Source of the DNA: Blepharisma stoltei ATCC 30299 | Taxonomy: Eukaryota; Protista; Ciliophora | Length of the DNA: 64,000 nucleotides | Assembly: GCA_965603825.1 (NCBI GenBank) | Contig: CBFDEM010000046.1 | Span: forward strand, 310,001-374,000 | Reading direction: 5' to 3' | Shown here: piece after piece, positions 61,191-64,000 of the stretch | How positions within the stretch are numbered: position 1 is the stretch's first letter | Layout of the letters: every line of letters starts with the position of its first letter | The notes under the pieces: generated by a model | Seen by the model: only the letters and a program-made list of their open reading frames with translations | Databases searched by the model: none | Told to the model about the DNA's origin: nothing | Program-made: the position numbers and the translations under genes

Positions 61191-64000
61191 CTATTTCAAA
61201 CGCCTTATACTTTTAACGAGTCTTCAAAAATTTAAATCATGAATAGATATGTTTTCTTTTTTGAGGTCATCTTCAATATTTTGGATTTCAAAGAAATGCT
61301 TATGTTTGCTGTTTTCTCTGCTAGTTCGCAATTTATCATCAATACTTCTTAGTGTGATCTTTGTTAAAAAGTCAATCTTTTCTCATTTTTCTTCACCTAA
61401 TTCTTCTAAAAATTTTAATTCTGTAACATCTGAAATAAGTCAATTGTATATGCTTGTATTGTTAATATATCTGCCTATCATATCTTGTAATCTTTGTATA
61501 AATTTGATTCTTTCGTTTTTATATTTTATGCATTCGTTAAGAATATGTTTATCTGTTTCCTTGACTTTACATAATTCACATAAATTCGAAGTGTTATCTT
61601 GATTATTTCTGTTTCTCAATAGAACTAATACTTTAGATGGACCAGCACCATATCTTCAAGCAGCCTTTATTCTTGTTTCAGTAATTAGGTTTTTATTCAG
61701 TATTCAGAATTTTGGGAGTTTATTCGTGGTAAAAGTTTGATTCCTTAATTCTTTAAACATCTTTAATGTTACTTTTTTATTTATTATGCTCATGTTTTTG
61801 TTTCTTCAATAGATTTTGAGTTTATCTTTGACATTTCCTTTTCAATTTTTGTCATTTCAGCTAATCATGTTGTTATTAAAATCGAATGGTTTTGTAAAAT
61901 TATATTTTTGAAGCAACTCTTGGTAGATTTTCATTGTCGGTGTAATTGTATTATCGAAATTTCTTAGGAAATGGGTTGCAATCTCAGATATATGTGTTAA
62001 TTCAAAAATTTTTTGTAAAAATATCAATGATTTTTGGTCAATATATTGTTGTATTGTTGGAATATTTAAATCAAGTAATATGGGTTCAATAGGTGTTTTG
62101 TCATAAACATGGCAACATTCTCTTATAATCTTATTGAATGATCTTTGAATTTGTTTAATTGCAGTTTTGCATTTAATTCTTGAGCATATTTCAAGACCAT
62201 ATGTGCATCTTGGTAAGAATATTGCTTTGAAGCAGCTTATAAGAGTTTTACTTGGGATGTTAAGCATTCTTCTAATCATAGGGATTAGAGAGCAAGTAGA
62301 TATTTTGCTTTTATCTTTGAGGTATTTATAATGCGCTTGGTCGAATCCTGTACCTCTTATATTTCCATTCATTATTTTGCCTAAATATTTATATTTTTCA
62401 ACAACTGGTATTTCATGATTTTGGTATGATATTTTAGGTAGTTTACTTATAATATTTTTCCTATTTTTTGTTATGATTGGCATTATTGCTGTTTTTTCCG
62501 GTCCTATATTCAAGTTCATATCATTATCTTTTGATCATTTATCAAGTTTATTTAAAATGTTTTCAATGTCTTTTCAATCTTCTATTACAAAAGCTGCATC
62601 ATCCGCATATTGAAAATTGATTTTTGATTTTAATTGGTGATTGGGGAGGAGTTCTATATTGATGTCATTATTTTCCTTTTCTATATCATCTATATATATA
62701 TTAAATAACAATGGTGATATTGCACTTCCTTGTCTCACACCTCTTGTTATGTTTATTTTTTCTGTTTCAATCCCATTTATGACAAGTGTAGTTTGTTCAC
62801 CTTTTAGCATTTGTGAGATTATTTTCAGCTATCATTTTTTATTTTTTTTGCTTTAATTTTCTCTAATAGTCTAATTCTATTAACTGAGTCATAAGCTTTT
62901 GAGAAATCAACAAATAATATATATGAGTCTCTACCTTTTCCAATCCTGTAATACTTACGATATTCCAGTGTAGATTTTAAGAGAAAAATCTGAGTCATGC
63001 ATGACTTTCCTTTTGTGAATCCATGTTGTCTTTCTGAGATATTAACCGTATTTTCAATTCTTTTTAGTTCTGCTTTGTCAAGAATCTTCATAAAATTATT
63101 CATTAAGGTTATGGGTCTATAGCTATTAAGTTCCTTCGGATTACCTTTTCCTTTGTATATAAGGATTGTTTTTGCTTCATTGGCTTTGTCTGGGATTCCA
63201 TTTAATTTGCAACTATTAAGGAAATGTGTAATTGCTTCTGCCATTATATCTCCACCTTTCTTTATTATCTCATTTCTTATATTGTCTGGTCCAGGAGCTT
63301 TTTTGTTTGGTAATTTTTTAATGATTTTCTGGATATCTTGGAAATCTCATAGTTCTTCTTTTGAGCATCCCTTTTGTGGTATGAATTCTATTTTACTTTT
63401 AAATTGATTTTCAAATTCTGTTGCTCAAGCTTTAATCTCTTCTTTGTTTAATGATAATGCGATTCTATTTTTATTCATCTGACGTTTTATTTTGTTTCAG
63501 GCTCCATATGGATCTTGCATACATTCTTTCAATCTGCTTTCACTGATTTTTTCATAGTTAGATAGTCTTTTTAGTTTATTTATTCATGCCTTTTTTACCT
63601 TTTGTAGTTTGTTAGCAAGTTCTCTATTATTTTGCGTTCAGCAAAATTTTATTCATTTCCTCGAGTCATTTATTCTATTTAATAAGATTTTCATTTCTGG
63701 GGTTCTAAAATGGTCTGGTTTTAAATGTTTTAGTAGGTATTTTGATTCTTCATCAATTGTTGATTTGATGTTATTAAATATTGCTAAAGGATCAAGAGTT
63801 TTGTAGATTCCTTTATTCTGGAAATTGATTCAGATTCTGTGTTGGAACGCTTCTAATTCCTTGCCTTCTAATTTATATCATGGAATCACGGATATTTGCT
63901 TTGGTATTATCTGGACACTTTTTATATGAGATAGTAATAATACGTGATTGGTGTTTAATTGTGGGACTTCTATGTATTTAATCTTTGATAGGGTTTCTGA
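61191..64000 (-). CDS. LINE endonuclease/reverse transcriptase ORF (5' partial; one frameshift at ~62819-62824)
   Basis: Open with TGA=W from 64000 to TAA 62819-62821, then continues in the -1/+2 frame to TAG 61191-61193. Confidence 0.85.

Larger units (their letters stand above)
61158..64000 (-). mobile_element. non-LTR (LINE) retrotransposon, 3' portion; runs off the window
   Basis: APE-end-like TNH.LL motif, KAPGPDNI, YRPITL, QHGF, FVDFSKAYDSV, GVRQGSAISPLLFNIY, QYADD, YKYLG, C-terminal CxxC-x7-H-x4-C; short 3' UTR and (AATC)n tail. Confidence 0.93.

Noticed and set aside
1-64000. Widespread pseudogenisation or selenocysteine as the explanation for in-frame TGA
   Set aside because: TGAs align with Trp rather than Cys, occur across most gene families, and frames are otherwise intact.

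Overview
Gene-dense, AT-rich eukaryotic DNA from a heterotrich ciliate, very likely Blepharisma somatic (macronuclear) sequence. In-frame TGA repeatedly falls at conserved Trp positions while TAA/TAG end the genes, so TGA=Trp, and genes carry 15-16 nt GT..A..AG spliceosomal introns. The supplied standard-code ORF track therefore fragments many genes. Re-read with TGA=Trp and the tiny introns removed, the window holds about 41 host protein genes. These include a USP47-like DUB, PTH2, a RAP-domain protein, a sphingosine-kinase-like enzyme, a tandem-WWE protein, tandem MFS paralogs, CWC15, DCN1, a cathepsin D-like protease, a MAP3K-like kinase, a CDGSH Fe-S protein, GST, an RBR ligase-like protein, a PHB-depolymerase-like esterase, ZMYND10, SF-assemblin, VPS20, BPI/LBP, a SHIPPO-repeat protein, a HAD phosphatase, uridine phosphorylase next to an ENT transporter, PDI and a calpain. 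It also holds tRNA-Leu(UAA), tRNA-Asp(GUC), a pair of very compact box C/D snoRNAs, two disrupted tandem Rab-like copies, and the 3' 2.8 kb of a non-LTR retrotransposon that encodes Trp only with TGA. All calls come from manual motif reading; no database searches were run.
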